A stretch of 64,000 nt of DNA, taken from NCBI GenBank assembly GCA_016934265.1, contig JAFGTF010000145.1, forward strand, positions 5,643-69,642. Direction: 5' to 3'. Positions 18,757-29,160 of the stretch are shown one piece after another (the first letter of the stretch is position 1; every line of letters begins with the position of its first letter). The position numbers and the translations under genes are program-made. The notes under the pieces were generated by a model that saw only the letters and a list, made by a program, of their open reading frames with translations, was not told where the DNA came from and did not search any database. This DNA comes from Spirochaetota bacterium (GTDB taxonomy: Bacteria; Spirochaetota; B62-G9; DRHN01).

Positions 18757-20202
18757 ATGAGTAAGGAAAAGAAGCTGACGACCGCCGCCGGCATACCGGT
18801 GGGCGACAACCAGAATTCGCTCACTGCGGGGAAAAGCGGCCCGACCCTGATACAGGACCATCATCTGCTCGAGAAGCTGGCGCATTTCAACCGCGAGCGT
18901 ATTCCGGAGCGCGTCGTGCATGCAAAGGCCGCGGGCGCGCACGGCGTTTTTACCGTTACAAACGACATCACGAACTATACCAAAGCCAAACTTTTTTCAA
19001 AGGTGGGCAAGAAGACCGAGATGTTCGGCCGTTTTTCGACCGTGGCCGGTGAGAAGGGGTCGGCGGATACGGTCCGCGATGTCCGGGGTTTCGCGCTGAA
19101 GTTCTATACGGAAGAGGGCAACTGGGACATGGTAGGGAACAACACTCCCGTGTTCTTTATCAGGGACGCGATAAAGTTCCCGGACTTCATTCATACCCAG
19201 AAACGCATGCCTCAGACGAACCTTCGTTCCCATACCATGTGGTGGGACTTCTGGAGCCAGGTGCCTGAATCGCTGCATCAGGTCACCATTCTCTTTTCCG
19301 ACCGCGGCATCCCGATGGGGATACCGTACATGAACGGCTACGGCAGCCACACCTACAGTTTCCTTAATGCAAAGGACGAACGCTTCTGGGTCAAATTTCA
19401 TTTCAAAACGAATCAGGGGATCCGGAACATGATGCAGCAGGAGGCGGACCGCATAGTCGGTGAGGATCCGGATTACCATACAAGACAGCTGTTCGAGACG
19501 ATCGAACGAGGCGAATACCCCAAGTGGACCTTCAAGGTGCAGATCATGCCGGAAAAGGACGCGGAGCACTACCGGTGGAACCCGTTCGACCTGACAAAGG
19601 TATGGCCGCATGCCGACTATCCCCTCATCGAGGTAGGGGTGCTCGAATTGAACAAAAATCCCGATAACTACTTCGCCGAGGTCGAGCAGGCCGCCTTTTC
19701 GCCTGCAAACGTGGTGCCCGGCATATCCTTCTCCCCGTGCAAGATGCTGCAGGCCCGTATCTTCGCGTACGCGGACGCGCACCGGTACAGGCTCGGCGTC
19801 AACTTCGAGAGCCTGCCGATAAACCGTCCCCGTGCCGCCCAGGTCAGCAACTACCAGCGAGACGGGCATATGAGGTTCGACAACAACGGCGGGCCGTCCG
19901 TGAACTATGAGCCGAACAGCTTCGGGGGACCGAAGGCGGATCCGGCATTCAAAGAGCCGCCCTTGAAGATATCCGGAGACGCGGACTGGTACGAGCAGAA
20001 GCGGGGAGTGGACGAGGATTATGTCCAGCCCGGAGACCTCTACCGGTTGATGCCGCCGGACGAGAAGAAGCGGCTTGTCGACAACATCGTCGGGTCTCTC
20101 AAACAGGTGCCGAAAGAGATCCAGAAGAAGATGATCGTGCATTTTAAGAAGGCGGACGAGGCGTACGGCGATGGCGTAGCCAAGGGTCTCGGCCTTTCGT
20201 AG
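18757..20202 (+). CDS. katA: catalase (monofunctional heme catalase)
   Basis: Hallmark catalase segments [43 protein letters not shown] and [14 protein letters not shown]. 481 aa with a perfect RBS. Confidence 0.95.
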   Translation: MSKEKKLTTAAGIPVGDNQNSLTAGKSGPTLIQDHHLLEKLAHFNRERIPERVVHAKAAGAHGVFTVTNDITNYTKAKLFSKVGKKTEMFGRFSTVAGEKGSADTVRDVRGFALKFYTEEGNWDMVGNNTPVFFIRDAIKFPDFIHTQKRMPQTNLRSHTMWWDFWSQVPESLHQVTILFSDRGIPMGIPYMNGYGSHTYSFLNAKDERFWVKFHFKTNQGIRNMMQQEADRIVGEDPDYHTRQLFETIERGEYPKWTFKVQIMPEKDAEHYRWNPFDLTKVWPHADYPLIEVGVLELNKNPDNYFAEVEQAAFSPANVVPGISFSPCKMLQARIFAYADAHRYRLGVNFESLPINRPRAAQVSNYQRDGHMRFDNNGGPSVNYEPNSFGGPKADPAFKEPPLKISGDADWYEQKRGVDEDYVQPGDLYRLMPPDEKKRLVDNIVGSLKQVPKEIQKKMIVHFKKADEAYGDGVAKGLGLS

Positions 20203-20515
20203 AAATCTACCGGCCCGGGTGTGTGGGCAAGCGAGACCTCTAGAGGGTACTGCGAGAGCCAACACGGTTCTCGGAATATCCGTTTCATTAAAGAGGGGGA
20301 GAATGCGTGCAAGCCACCGGTTTCACCGAACAAGAGAATATGGTGATTCAATAGGCGTACGATGAATCATTCTGCCTCGAGCACCCCCGATGTTGAAATG
20401 TACTGTTCTATTCGCAGATGGTAATCAAGGGCCCGGTGCTCTTGCTGGCGCTCGGCCTGGATATCCTGAGCCAGAAATCGATCAAGTTCGTGGAATAGAC
20501 CGGGGGAGAGAAAAG

Positions 20516-21382
20516 GTGATTAAGAAGTCGATAAACAGGTGGGCGTACGGATCGGACGTTTCGATGGAAGAGTGCGTACGAATCGCCGGCAGGTACGGTT
20601 TCGACGGGGTCGAATTGAACCTCGAGGAAAAGGGGGATTTCTCACTTGATACGACAGAGAAGGAGTGCTCGGCGATAGGGGACATATTCCGAAAGCACCG
20701 CCTTGAGATAAGCAGCCTGTGTTCTCTGCTCTTCTGGAAGCACCCCATCACCTCCGGCGAAACGGATATCAGGGATGCGGGGATACGGGTCATACGAAAG
20801 ATGGTCGATTTCGCTTCGATACTGGGAGTCGAGAACATACTGGTCGTTCCTGGGATGGTGCATGCGGACCCGCCTCTCGATTTCGGTAACAAGCCGATCA
20901 AGTATTCGGAAGCGTACGAAAGGGCCTTGCAATATATCGGCGAGCTGGCCGACTATGCGAAGCCGAAGGGTGTAGTCATCGGTCTCGAAAACGTATTTTA
21001 TAACAAATTCCTCATCACTCAGATGGAGTACAAGCGATTTTTCGAGGACTTGAGCAAGGAAAACGTAAAGCTCTATTTCGATGTCGGTAATACCATGCTG
21101 TGCGGGTTTCCGGAGGACTGGATTGAATACCTCGGTGAATATATTTGCAGCATTCACCTGAAGGACTTCGATAAAAACATCAATACGCTCTACGGGTGGA
21201 AGAACATCTTCCAGGGGCATATCGATTGGGCGAACGTCGCCCGGGCGTTGAAAAGGATCGGATATGACGGCTATCTCGTCGGCGAGCCCTCTCTCACGCC
21301 TTTTTTATTCCAGCAGGAAGAGCTGATCAAGACGACCGCCAGCGCAATCGACAGGGTTAGGGAGATGATCGACGGCGCTTAG
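20516..21382 (+). CDS. sugar phosphate isomerase/epimerase (xylose isomerase-like TIM barrel)
   Basis: Xylose-isomerase-like TIM-barrel pattern (GFDGVELN, conserved E/H/D metal ligands). GTG start at 20516 with a GGGGGAGAG RBS; the ORF frame opens at 20390. Confidence 0.65.
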   Translation: MIKKSINRWAYGSDVSMEECVRIAGRYGFDGVELNLEEKGDFSLDTTEKECSAIGDIFRKHRLEISSLCSLLFWKHPITSGETDIRDAGIRVIRKMVDFASILGVENILVVPGMVHADPPLDFGNKPIKYSEAYERALQYIGELADYAKPKGVVIGLENVFYNKFLITQMEYKRFFEDLSKENVKLYFDVGNTMLCGFPEDWIEYLGEYICSIHLKDFDKNINTLYGWKNIFQGHIDWANVARALKRIGYDGYLVGEPSLTPFLFQQEELIKTTASAIDRVREMIDGA

Positions 21383-21689
21383 AGTCTCCGACCGTAGAAC
21401 CGCTGTCCGTTATCGCAACGGCATGCTTCTTTCTTAGTATTGCGTATTACAAAGCATACGACCCGCATCATAAAACAGCTTTTTCCCGTATAGTGCCCCT
21501 TAACATATCGATGGATAATACCACACCGGAGAAACAATCTCGTGCTTCATGGGATTCTGAATGGATGAGGCACCCGAAACCTGTTGTTGACGCGAATGTA
21601 CCGGCGGTTCTACATTGTTGTATCGGAAAAAAAAGACGCCGGATGCTCTGCGTCATTATGGCATATTTGTTGAACAGGGGGCTTCGACA

Positions 21690-22076
21690 GTGAGATATCC
21701 AACGGTTTCGGCGATATTCTCGATCTGTATCGGAATTCTAATGGTGGGGATGTGGACCTTCTTCCTATTCGCCGGAGAGGTGCAGGAATTCGAAAGCAGG
21801 CCCGCCGAGATATTGCTGCATCTCACCGCGGAGTATCTCACCGCAGCCGGGCTGATAACCGCCGGTATCGCGACCTATAAGAGGCGCAGGTGGGGCGTTT
21901 GGTTGTTGCTTTTTTCTTTCGGTATGCTTACCTATACTCTCATACTGAGTCCCGGATACTATGTGCAGCGTGGCGAGACCGCGTTCGTTTTGATGTTCGC
22001 GGGGATTTTTGCGGCAACGGCGGTTTTTACCCTGCTTGCCGTAAAAAACCTTCTTGCTTCGGGCGAGCGGGTATAG
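21690..22076 (+). CDS. hypothetical small membrane protein
   Basis: Four predicted hydrophobic helices. GTG at 21690 with an AGGGGG RBS; the longer frame opens at 21615. Confidence 0.3.
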   Translation: MRYPTVSAIFSICIGILMVGMWTFFLFAGEVQEFESRPAEILLHLTAEYLTAAGLITAGIATYKRRRWGVWLLLFSFGMLTYTLILSPGYYVQRGETAFVLMFAGIFAATAVFTLLAVKNLLASGERV

Positions 22077-22131
22077 CCGCGGTGACGAGCGGGGTATTGA
22101 AGAGGGGAACCGTCACTACGGCGGGGGAGAG

Positions 22132-22626
22132 ATGAGACTTCGTATCATAATAACAGGCGGCACCTTCGACAAGCAGTATGACGAGATACGCGGGGTTCTC
22201 ACGTTCAAAGACTCCCATCTTCCGGAGATATTGAAATACGTACGCTGTACCGTACCGGTTACGCTGGAGATAAACCAGCTCGTCGACAGCCTCGATATGC
22301 GGCGTGCAAACCGCCTCAAGATCCTCGAATCGTGTAAAAAGGCCCCTGAGAGAAGTATCGTAGTTACTCACGGAACCGACACCATGACGGAGACCGCTCA
22401 GGTGCTGGGACGGGCTGGCCTGGATAAAACGATCGTACTGACTGGAGCGATGGTACCGTATACATTCAGTAATTCCGATGCGGTATTCAACCTGGGCTGT
22501 GCGGTAACCGCGGCGCAGTGCTGCGACCCGGGTGTGTATATCGCGATGAACGGAAGAATCTTTGCATGGGACAATGTGCAAAAGATCAGGGAAAAGGGAG
22601 AATTCGAAGAAAAGACGGGTAGATGA
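22132..22626 (+). CDS. asparaginase N-terminal-domain-like protein (single domain)
   Basis: ITGGTFD (TGGT catalytic-Thr motif) and VVTHGTDTMTETA, which is the THGTDTM signature of L-asparaginases, but only about 164 aa. ATG with a GGGGGAGAG RBS. Confidence 0.5.
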   Translation: MRLRIIITGGTFDKQYDEIRGVLTFKDSHLPEILKYVRCTVPVTLEINQLVDSLDMRRANRLKILESCKKAPERSIVVTHGTDTMTETAQVLGRAGLDKTIVLTGAMVPYTFSNSDAVFNLGCAVTAAQCCDPGVYIAMNGRIFAWDNVQKIREKGEFEEKTGR

Positions 22627-22758
22627 TACCGGCGGCAAACGGGCGGATTAAACCACGGCGTACGTCGGCTGCTGCGATATATTGTTAAATATTTTTCAGA
22701 TACGCGGGAAAATATGTGATTATAGACGGTTTTACCCGAACTACGCAATGGAGGGGGC

Positions 22759-23229
22759 ATGAACGGACCGTTTCGGCTCCTCGGTTTTTGCGGATTATAC
22801 TGCGGCGCGTGCAATCACTACCGCGCTTCGTACTCGGAGGGGTCACACCTGTACGGGGCCGGTGATCTCGAAAGGTTCGTATGCAGAGGATGCCGCGGAG
22901 AGACCGCGCTCCTTCACGAGGGATGTGATGTCTGCGGAATAAGGCTCTGTGCCGAAAAAAACGGCCTCATACATTGCGGGCGGTGTGAGGAGTTTCCCTG
23001 TGATCAGCTTATCGAATTCCAGCACGATGCACGGCACATCCATCACCTCGATATCGTCGGCAACCTCCGTAAGATAGAAGAAAAGGGTCCGTCCCCCTGG
23101 CTTGAAGCCCAAGAGGAGAGATGGACCTGTGAATGCGGTCTTTGTTACAGCTGGTATGAGGTACGGTGCAACCGCTGCGGTGCCGGTTTGATTTCCTACG
23201 GCAATGGGCTTGAAGAAGAAAACCGCTGA
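22759..23229 (+). CDS. DUF3795 family Cys-rich protein
   Basis: GLYCGACNHY... followed by multiple CxxC pairs is typical of DUF3795. RBS GGAGGGGG. Confidence 0.55.
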   Translation: MNGPFRLLGFCGLYCGACNHYRASYSEGSHLYGAGDLERFVCRGCRGETALLHEGCDVCGIRLCAEKNGLIHCGRCEEFPCDQLIEFQHDARHIHHLDIVGNLRKIEEKGPSPWLEAQEERWTCECGLCYSWYEVRCNRCGAGLISYGNGLEEENR

Positions 23230-23327
23230 CTTCGAGCGCGCCCGCCCGTCCGGTACCGTCTGCCGGTTTTCGAATAGATGGATAGGCACGACGAGCGGGA
23301 TACTATGAGGACTATGGGGATTCTGTC

Positions 23328-23582
23328 TTGAAATGCAGGCCGGGATGCGGCGCATGCTGTATCGCGATATCGATCTCCTCCCCGATACCCGGCATGCCGC
23401 ACGGAAAGCCGGCCGGCGTTCGGTGCGTGAATCTTACGAAAAACAACATCTGCGCGATCCATGGGAGGGGTGACTATCCCGAAGTCTGCAGGGATCTCGT
23501 TCCTTCAAAAGAGATGTGCGGGGGCTCCTTTGAGGAGGCGTTTCGATATCTATCCGATCTGGAATTTCGGACACGGCCGTAA
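23328..23582 (+). CDS. YkgJ family cysteine-cluster protein (putative Zn/Fe-chelating domain)
   Basis: N-terminal C-x3-C-x2-CC cluster (CRPGCGACC) of the YkgJ/UPF0153 family. 84 aa. Confidence 0.55.
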   Translation: MKCRPGCGACCIAISISSPIPGMPHGKPAGVRCVNLTKNNICAIHGRGDYPEVCRDLVPSKEMCGGSFEEAFRYLSDLEFRTRP

Positions 23583-23837
23583 ACGATCGAATAGGTGCGC
23601 CGTCGAATCCTTTTTTTTGATATGATTCCGGACCGTTTTATTCGGCAGGGAAAATGGGTTTGTTTTTATTAAGAAAGAAAGCGCATACATGTAGATGTGG
23701 AAGCCTTTCTTAAAAGAAGGATCGTTCTACATCTCAATGGGGTATATTTCCGGCGTTCATTATACGCTGCCGTACCGTACGATCCGCGATCGGACCGGTA
23801 TGCTCCGATATTCAAAGACTGAAAACAAGGGGTTTTA

Positions 23838-24299
23838 ATGAGGAGAAAAGAAAAGGCGATAACGGATGAGTCCGAGATCGTCGATCTGCTGTCTTCGGAG
23901 ACGATCGTACGGCTCGCCCTTGCCGAGAAAAACGTTCCCTATATGGTCCCGGTAAACTACGGGTACAGAGACGGGGCGCTCTACATACACTCGGCACCAG
24001 AAGGGAGAAAGCTTTCGATTATCGGGAAGAACGATCTCGTATGTTTCGAAGTCGAGAGCGGCGTGAGAATGATTCCTGCAGACAGCGCATGCGGTTTCTC
24101 CATGGCATACAGGAGTGTAATCGGATACGGCAGAGCCCGGATCGTACGCGACCGCGAGGGGAAAAGAGAAGCGTTTGAGATCATAATGAAGCAGCTGACG
24201 GGCAGTGAGGGTTGGACCTATTCCGATAAAGCGCTCGATAAAACGGTTGTCATCAAGGTCGTGATCGAATCGATGAGCTGCAAGAAGTCCTCTTCTTAA
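23838..24299 (+). CDS. pyridoxamine 5'-phosphate oxidase family protein (FMN-binding split barrel)
   Basis: About 150 aa with the VRLALAEKNVPYMVPVNYGY...LYIHSA pattern typical of the PNPOx-like split barrel. Confidence 0.65.
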   Translation: MRRKEKAITDESEIVDLLSSETIVRLALAEKNVPYMVPVNYGYRDGALYIHSAPEGRKLSIIGKNDLVCFEVESGVRMIPADSACGFSMAYRSVIGYGRARIVRDREGKREAFEIIMKQLTGSEGWTYSDKALDKTVVIKVVIESMSCKKSSS

Positions 24300-24721
24300 T
24301 GGGATGATATGTAATTGAAATGGGCGGTGGGAGATACGGTGGCGGATATAGAAGAGGGGAAAAACGCCGGGACCTGGACGGAGGCGGTTTTATCGGGAAG
24401 CCAGACGGAAGAGATTTTGAAGGAGGCCGAGCCGGATTTCATTCTTGCAGGCGTTGTGGAAATCCCCCGGCTTTTCGACTCCGATACGGGCGTAGGGCGC
24501 CATTGGATGGTATCGTAACCTCTGAAATCATGAGTTGGAATGCTGTCATTTTCCCACGTTCAGCTGTGTAGGAAACAGCAGGCGGCCATAGAAGATCCGT
24601 TGCGAGGAGAGAGAATTTCTTTTCGCCGTTTTTTACATTCATTCCCGGTAAGATTTCATGGACCGGCTAAATGCGAAGTTCAAAAATAAACGGCCTGACC
24701 CTTCGAGGTGGTGGTTCGAAT

Positions 24722-25759
24722 ATGAGACTATACACTGCATTTGTCATCATGTTCTGTGTTGTTTCCCCTGCGGGATTCGGTCCTGGGGCGGCGGCGAAAG
24801 AGGCCGGCGATACCGATCTCGAGCATGTCTTGCCGCAAACGGTCGGCTGGTCGGCCGAGAGACTCGAAGAGGCTCGTACGTATGCGGAGAAGATCGGTTC
24901 CTCAGCGGTCGTGGCCCTGTATGACGGGAAGATTTTCTTCTCTTGGGGGGACATAGAGCGCAGGCTTCCCTGCCACTCGATACGGAAGCCGTTTTTAGGA
25001 GCCCTGTACGGAATATACAGAGATCGCGGCGAGCTGGATTTAGCGCTCACCGTCGGAGAGATCGGTATTGACGATACTCCTTTCCGCCTGACGGAAACCG
25101 AGAAGAGCGCGGCGGTACAAGACCTCTTGATGTCCCGTTCCGGGGTCTATCACGAGGCCGCAGGAGAGGTACAAAGCATGCGAGACAAGCGTCCGGTACG
25201 AGGCAGCCATCCTCCCGGTATGTTTTTTTTCTACAACAACTGGGATTTCAACGTGCTGGGAACGATTTTCGAGCAGCAGACGAGAGAGAAAATATTCACG
25301 GCGTTCAAGAGGGAGATCGCGGATCCCATCGGCATGGAGGATTTCCTTGTATCCGACTGCAGGTATTATTATGAGAAGGATAAATCGGTGCATCCCGCGT
25401 ACTTCTTCTCCGTGTCGGCTCGTGACATGGCACGCTTCGGCCTGCTTTACCAGAACGGCGGCAGGTGGGGCGGGCGACAGATCGTTCCGGCGGACTGGAT
25501 CACGGAAAGCACCAAACCCCATACGGCAAAGGGCCTGAGCGGCGACGGGTACGGATATATGTGGAGCATCATTCCCGAAGAAGCGGGGTACGGCAGCGGG
25601 TTCTATCATACAGGATACGGTGTACACCTTCTTGCGGTGCTTCCTGAAAAAAAGCTCGTCCTGGTTCACCGGGTCGACACCACCCGTGAATTCGACATCA
25701 GGTGGCCGCAGATCAGGACACTGATGCAGATGATAGTAGCGGCGCGAATACCTGATTGA
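24722..25759 (+). CDS. serine hydrolase, beta-lactamase/transpeptidase family
   Basis: Signal peptide, an S-x-x-K motif (SIRKPF) and class C-like architecture. ATG at 24722; the ORF frame opens at 24671. Confidence 0.65.
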   Translation: MRLYTAFVIMFCVVSPAGFGPGAAAKEAGDTDLEHVLPQTVGWSAERLEEARTYAEKIGSSAVVALYDGKIFFSWGDIERRLPCHSIRKPFLGALYGIYRDRGELDLALTVGEIGIDDTPFRLTETEKSAAVQDLLMSRSGVYHEAAGEVQSMRDKRPVRGSHPPGMFFFYNNWDFNVLGTIFEQQTREKIFTAFKREIADPIGMEDFLVSDCRYYYEKDKSVHPAYFFSVSARDMARFGLLYQNGGRWGGRQIVPADWITESTKPHTAKGLSGDGYGYMWSIIPEEAGYGSGFYHTGYGVHLLAVLPEKKLVLVHRVDTTREFDIRWPQIRTLMQMIVAARIPD

Positions 25760-25841
25760 CAGCTGAAACGGTCGAATCAATCCTCGTTTGTATTAATTGG
25801 CAGTAGTGGTATAATTGAGGAAGCCCAAAAGGAGGTGTGAA

Positions 25842-26549
25842 ATGGCAAAAAGCGTCATAACGACCGTATTCGTCCTGTCGCTCGTATGCATTTCATTCGG
25901 GACCTTGGGCGCCGCGGAGATATCGGACTGTTATCCTATTTCTTCGACGTCTTCTGGAGTGGCGGCGATTACCTTGGAAGGGTCGGAAATTTCCACGATA
26001 CAGGAATCCCCGCACGAGCAGGGGTTCAGGAAAAACTTAGGATTCGAGGCGAGCACCGGTATTCAGGGGATACTGTCGTTCGTTCAGCTCGGGGTGCTCT
26101 TTCCTCTCGTGGGAGAGAGCCTTTTTATCGATCTCAAGCTGAAGTACCTCTCAAGCATCACCTGGGCGACCTATGTGGATACCGAGGGAAACAGTGTTTC
26201 GTTTCATCCCACGGTTATAGGCGGCGCGGTATCGTTCGGCGGATACAGCCCTCTTTTATTCGACTGCATACGGCTGTACGGCGGTACCGACCTCTTTCTC
26301 GGCTACTCATTTACTCCGTACGACAGCTGGATCAGACAGACCGGCAACCTCATAGGCGACAACGTTACCTTTGCGGTGCTCGGGTTCTTCGGTCTGGAGT
26401 TCTTCACCTCGCCGCACATGTCGATTATCCTAGACGCAGGCGGAGGGTACAAGAGCCTTTTCGGTGACAAGAACAACCAGTACGCGGTCGCGAGCAGCTG
26501 GCTCGGCAGCGGATTCGGAATCAAGATGGGAGTACGGTATTATTTGTAA
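25842..26549 (+). CDS. hypothetical secreted beta-rich protein
   Basis: Signal peptide MAKSVITTVFVLSLVCISFGTLGAA, a Gly/Ser/Tyr-rich beta-strand-like composition, and a perfect AAAAGGAGG RBS. Confidence 0.4.
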   Translation: MAKSVITTVFVLSLVCISFGTLGAAEISDCYPISSTSSGVAAITLEGSEISTIQESPHEQGFRKNLGFEASTGIQGILSFVQLGVLFPLVGESLFIDLKLKYLSSITWATYVDTEGNSVSFHPTVIGGAVSFGGYSPLLFDCIRLYGGTDLFLGYSFTPYDSWIRQTGNLIGDNVTFAVLGFFGLEFFTSPHMSIILDAGGGYKSLFGDKNNQYAVASSWLGSGFGIKMGVRYYL

Positions 26550-26561
26550 CGGTGAGAAGCG

Positions 26562-27578
26562 ATGGTATTTCGGTACAAGACATCGATCGTATATCTGCTG
26601 CTGTTCGTTACGGCGGCCGTATTTTCGTGCAGATCAACGGGGACGATCACAGAAAAGCTTCGGTCTTATCCCTACAAGCGGCTTGAGCACTACCCGTTCG
26701 ACCCTGCTTCTTCGCTCGTCTCCCGTGTGAAAGAGGTCCCGGATATTATTCTGTCGTATTACAGGGAAATGGACGAAACGCCCTCGTATGCACCGTATAC
26801 TCCATCCCAGGTAGAGATGAGTGAGATCGCTCGTTGCCTCTCGACGCTTCCGGCAGTACATGCTATGGTTCTTAAAGAAAGACTAATCGGTATATACTTC
26901 ATCGAAAACTTCCATGGGAGCGGTATGGCAGATTATGTGCTCGGTACGAATGGGGATATGTACCTGTTTCTCGTGTTCAACCCCCTCACCCTGAAGTCCA
27001 CCCTTGCCGAATACGTATCGTACAAGGAAAACAGCTGTTTTATCATGGACGACCCGGACACCGAGATCACGATCGAGCTTTCCGACCGCTACACGGGGTT
27101 TTTATACATATTGCTGCACGAAGCCACGCACTGCATCGATTATATTGAGAGATATACACCGTTTGTCGAGCCTCATCTCGCCGGTTTGCAGGACAAGGGA
27201 AGCCGCGATACTTCGTTCTCAGACACGGTATGGGCCGGATACGACGAGCTTAGGGAGATTGTGGTATTTACTTTTAGAGACCGTATCACCTTTTACGGGT
27301 TGGGCGGCGGTCCGAAGCTGAAGATATCCGAAGCGATGTTCGTTTACGAGCATCTCGCACACACGCCGTTTGTTTCCTTGTACGGCACTTTCAACTGGGC
27401 GGAGGATTTTGCCGAGTATGTCACGTATTATTATCTTGTATACGGACTCGGTATCGAGTATCGCATAACCGTACTAAAAAACGGCAGAATCGTCTATCGA
27501 TACGAGCCGCTTATAAGGTCCGATGTTCGGAATAGAATCGGGCAGATCGATACAGAGCTCGCTGGGTCGCTCCGATAA
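26562..27578 (+). CDS. putative lipoprotein with HExxH zinc-metallopeptidase-like motif
   Basis: Lipobox-like AVFSC after a signal sequence; HEATH motif (ILLHEATHCIDY) with downstream acidic residues. Confidence 0.4.
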   Translation: MVFRYKTSIVYLLLFVTAAVFSCRSTGTITEKLRSYPYKRLEHYPFDPASSLVSRVKEVPDIILSYYREMDETPSYAPYTPSQVEMSEIARCLSTLPAVHAMVLKERLIGIYFIENFHGSGMADYVLGTNGDMYLFLVFNPLTLKSTLAEYVSYKENSCFIMDDPDTEITIELSDRYTGFLYILLHEATHCIDYIERYTPFVEPHLAGLQDKGSRDTSFSDTVWAGYDELREIVVFTFRDRITFYGLGGGPKLKISEAMFVYEHLAHTPFVSLYGTFNWAEDFAEYVTYYYLVYGLGIEYRITVLKNGRIVYRYEPLIRSDVRNRIGQIDTELAGSLR

Positions 27579-27790
27579 ACTGTGTGTATGGTCCGGTCTT
27601 TACACGTGAGCTCGCGGCTTTATTTTCACCGTATGGTTATGGAATAAGAATTGGAAATCGGCATCTGATCATACTCTTGACACCTGAGATCGGATATAGT
27701 AGAGAGGGAATCGGCTGAACGGTATTTCATTAACAATTAAAGTTTTATCGAAAATAGTATTATAAATTATAACAACACCGGGGGAAGAGG

Positions 27791-28621
27791 ATGAAGGGTA
27801 AAATCGGTTTACAGCTATACTCCTTGAAGGAGATAATTGATGAAAAGAGCTTCACCGAGGTTTTGAAAAAGGTCAAGACTATCGGGTACGAGGGAATCGA
27901 AGGAGTAGAGCGTGACGGGGATCCGGACACCGTACACCTGTTCTGTGGGAAAAAAGCGCAGGAGGTTCGATCGATCCTCGACGACGTGGGACTTTTAATG
28001 GTATCGAACCATATAGGATTCTACGATCTCAAAAAGAATTTCGATACAATAGTACGGTTTCACAAGGAAATCGGCTGCAATACGCTCGTCGTCGCAGGTA
28101 TTCCCGGGATACTTTTCAAAGACCGCAACGCCGTTCGGAAGACGGTGAAGGAGATGACCGAGCTTTCGGCAACGGTGTCCCAAGAAGGGATGGAGTTGGC
28201 GCTTCATAATTGTCCCTTGAATTTCGTCAGCATAGCGAGCTACGAATTGTTCGCTCAAGAAGCCGGAAATGCACTCGCCGTTCAGCCTGATGCGGGTAAT
28301 GCACGTATCGTAGGAGTCGACCCTGCCCGGTATTACGGGAAGCTTAAAAACAGGTTCGTTTCCCTGCACATAAAAGACGGTAAAAAGGGAAGTGCCGATA
28401 TGCTGCCGCTTGACAAGGGGGAGGCCGGAAAGGAAAACGAAAACATCTGGAACAGGTACAAAGAGCTTTCCACCACGGTAGGAAACGGAGATACAAACAT
28501 CAAAAAGTTCGTCAGGATGGGCGAAAAGAAGGGTATTTCATGGTTTATCGTGGAGGAGGAGGTGACTGAGGATCCCCTGAAAACGGTGGAGGACGCATAC
28601 GCATACCTCGCTTCGCTGTGA
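27791..28621 (+). CDS. sugar phosphate isomerase/epimerase (xylose isomerase-like TIM barrel)
   Basis: Xylose-isomerase-like TIM-barrel pattern with GYEGIEGV near the N-terminus. 276 aa. Confidence 0.65.
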   Translation: MKGKIGLQLYSLKEIIDEKSFTEVLKKVKTIGYEGIEGVERDGDPDTVHLFCGKKAQEVRSILDDVGLLMVSNHIGFYDLKKNFDTIVRFHKEIGCNTLVVAGIPGILFKDRNAVRKTVKEMTELSATVSQEGMELALHNCPLNFVSIASYELFAQEAGNALAVQPDAGNARIVGVDPARYYGKLKNRFVSLHIKDGKKGSADMLPLDKGEAGKENENIWNRYKELSTTVGNGDTNIKKFVRMGEKKGISWFIVEEEVTEDPLKTVEDAYAYLASL

Positions 28622-28887
28622 TCAAAGGCAAGCGGTATAGTATCTGATCCGTACCCATGCAAAATAAGATGAAGAGCCGCGGTATCTGCCTTAAATTACC
28701 CGGTGCGCATGCAATAACGGTAGCAAGAAATATATTGTTGATATGAGAACGGTCGGTCGATTACATACGCCGTTTTATACGTATCGTCCGGCCCTGTAGA
28801 TCCTCCGTACTGGTGGGCTGCTGCAGGTATAAGGCAAAGATCCGACACCGCGTTTCCGCCCGTTTTTCGTGCTCAAGGCCGGTTCGG

Positions 28888-28921
28888 TCGGCGTATCGAT
28901 TCGTACGGCCGACTTTTTTTG
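28888..28921 (+). terminator. orphan hairpin plus T7 run (terminator-like)
   Basis: GTCGGC-15 nt-GCCGAC followed by TTTTTTT, but about 260 nt past the nearest + strand gene end. Confidence 0.3.
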
Positions 28922-29160
28922 TTGTACGAAATCGTTACATCGTATCTGTAAAGCCTACTGCATGCAGATCTTGAAAAATGAATATCACGCCCGATAATCG
29001 CTTTAAGAAAGAACATGAGCCCTGCCGGCTCTCCATTGTTGGTACATGGCCCCCTTTAAAGCGAATGTTTCATTGCAGACCGCGGTTTATTACGGCGGCA
29101 GTGAAATAAGAAGATGCGATCGACGTCATGTTAAGGAAACGGTACAAAAGGAGACGGCGA

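Noticed and set aside
18997-20265. 422-aa ORF on the minus strand, antisense to katA
   Set aside because: It exactly shadows the catalase gene, which has unambiguous catalase motifs on the + strand. Long antisense ORFs are expected in GC-rich DNA.
23583-23837. Apparent inverted repeat (catgtagatgtgg ... ctacatct) in the YkgJ-PNPOx spacer
   Set aside because: On checking, the two halves are complementary but not reverse-complementary, so they form a mirror-like arrangement. No hairpin or palindrome can form.
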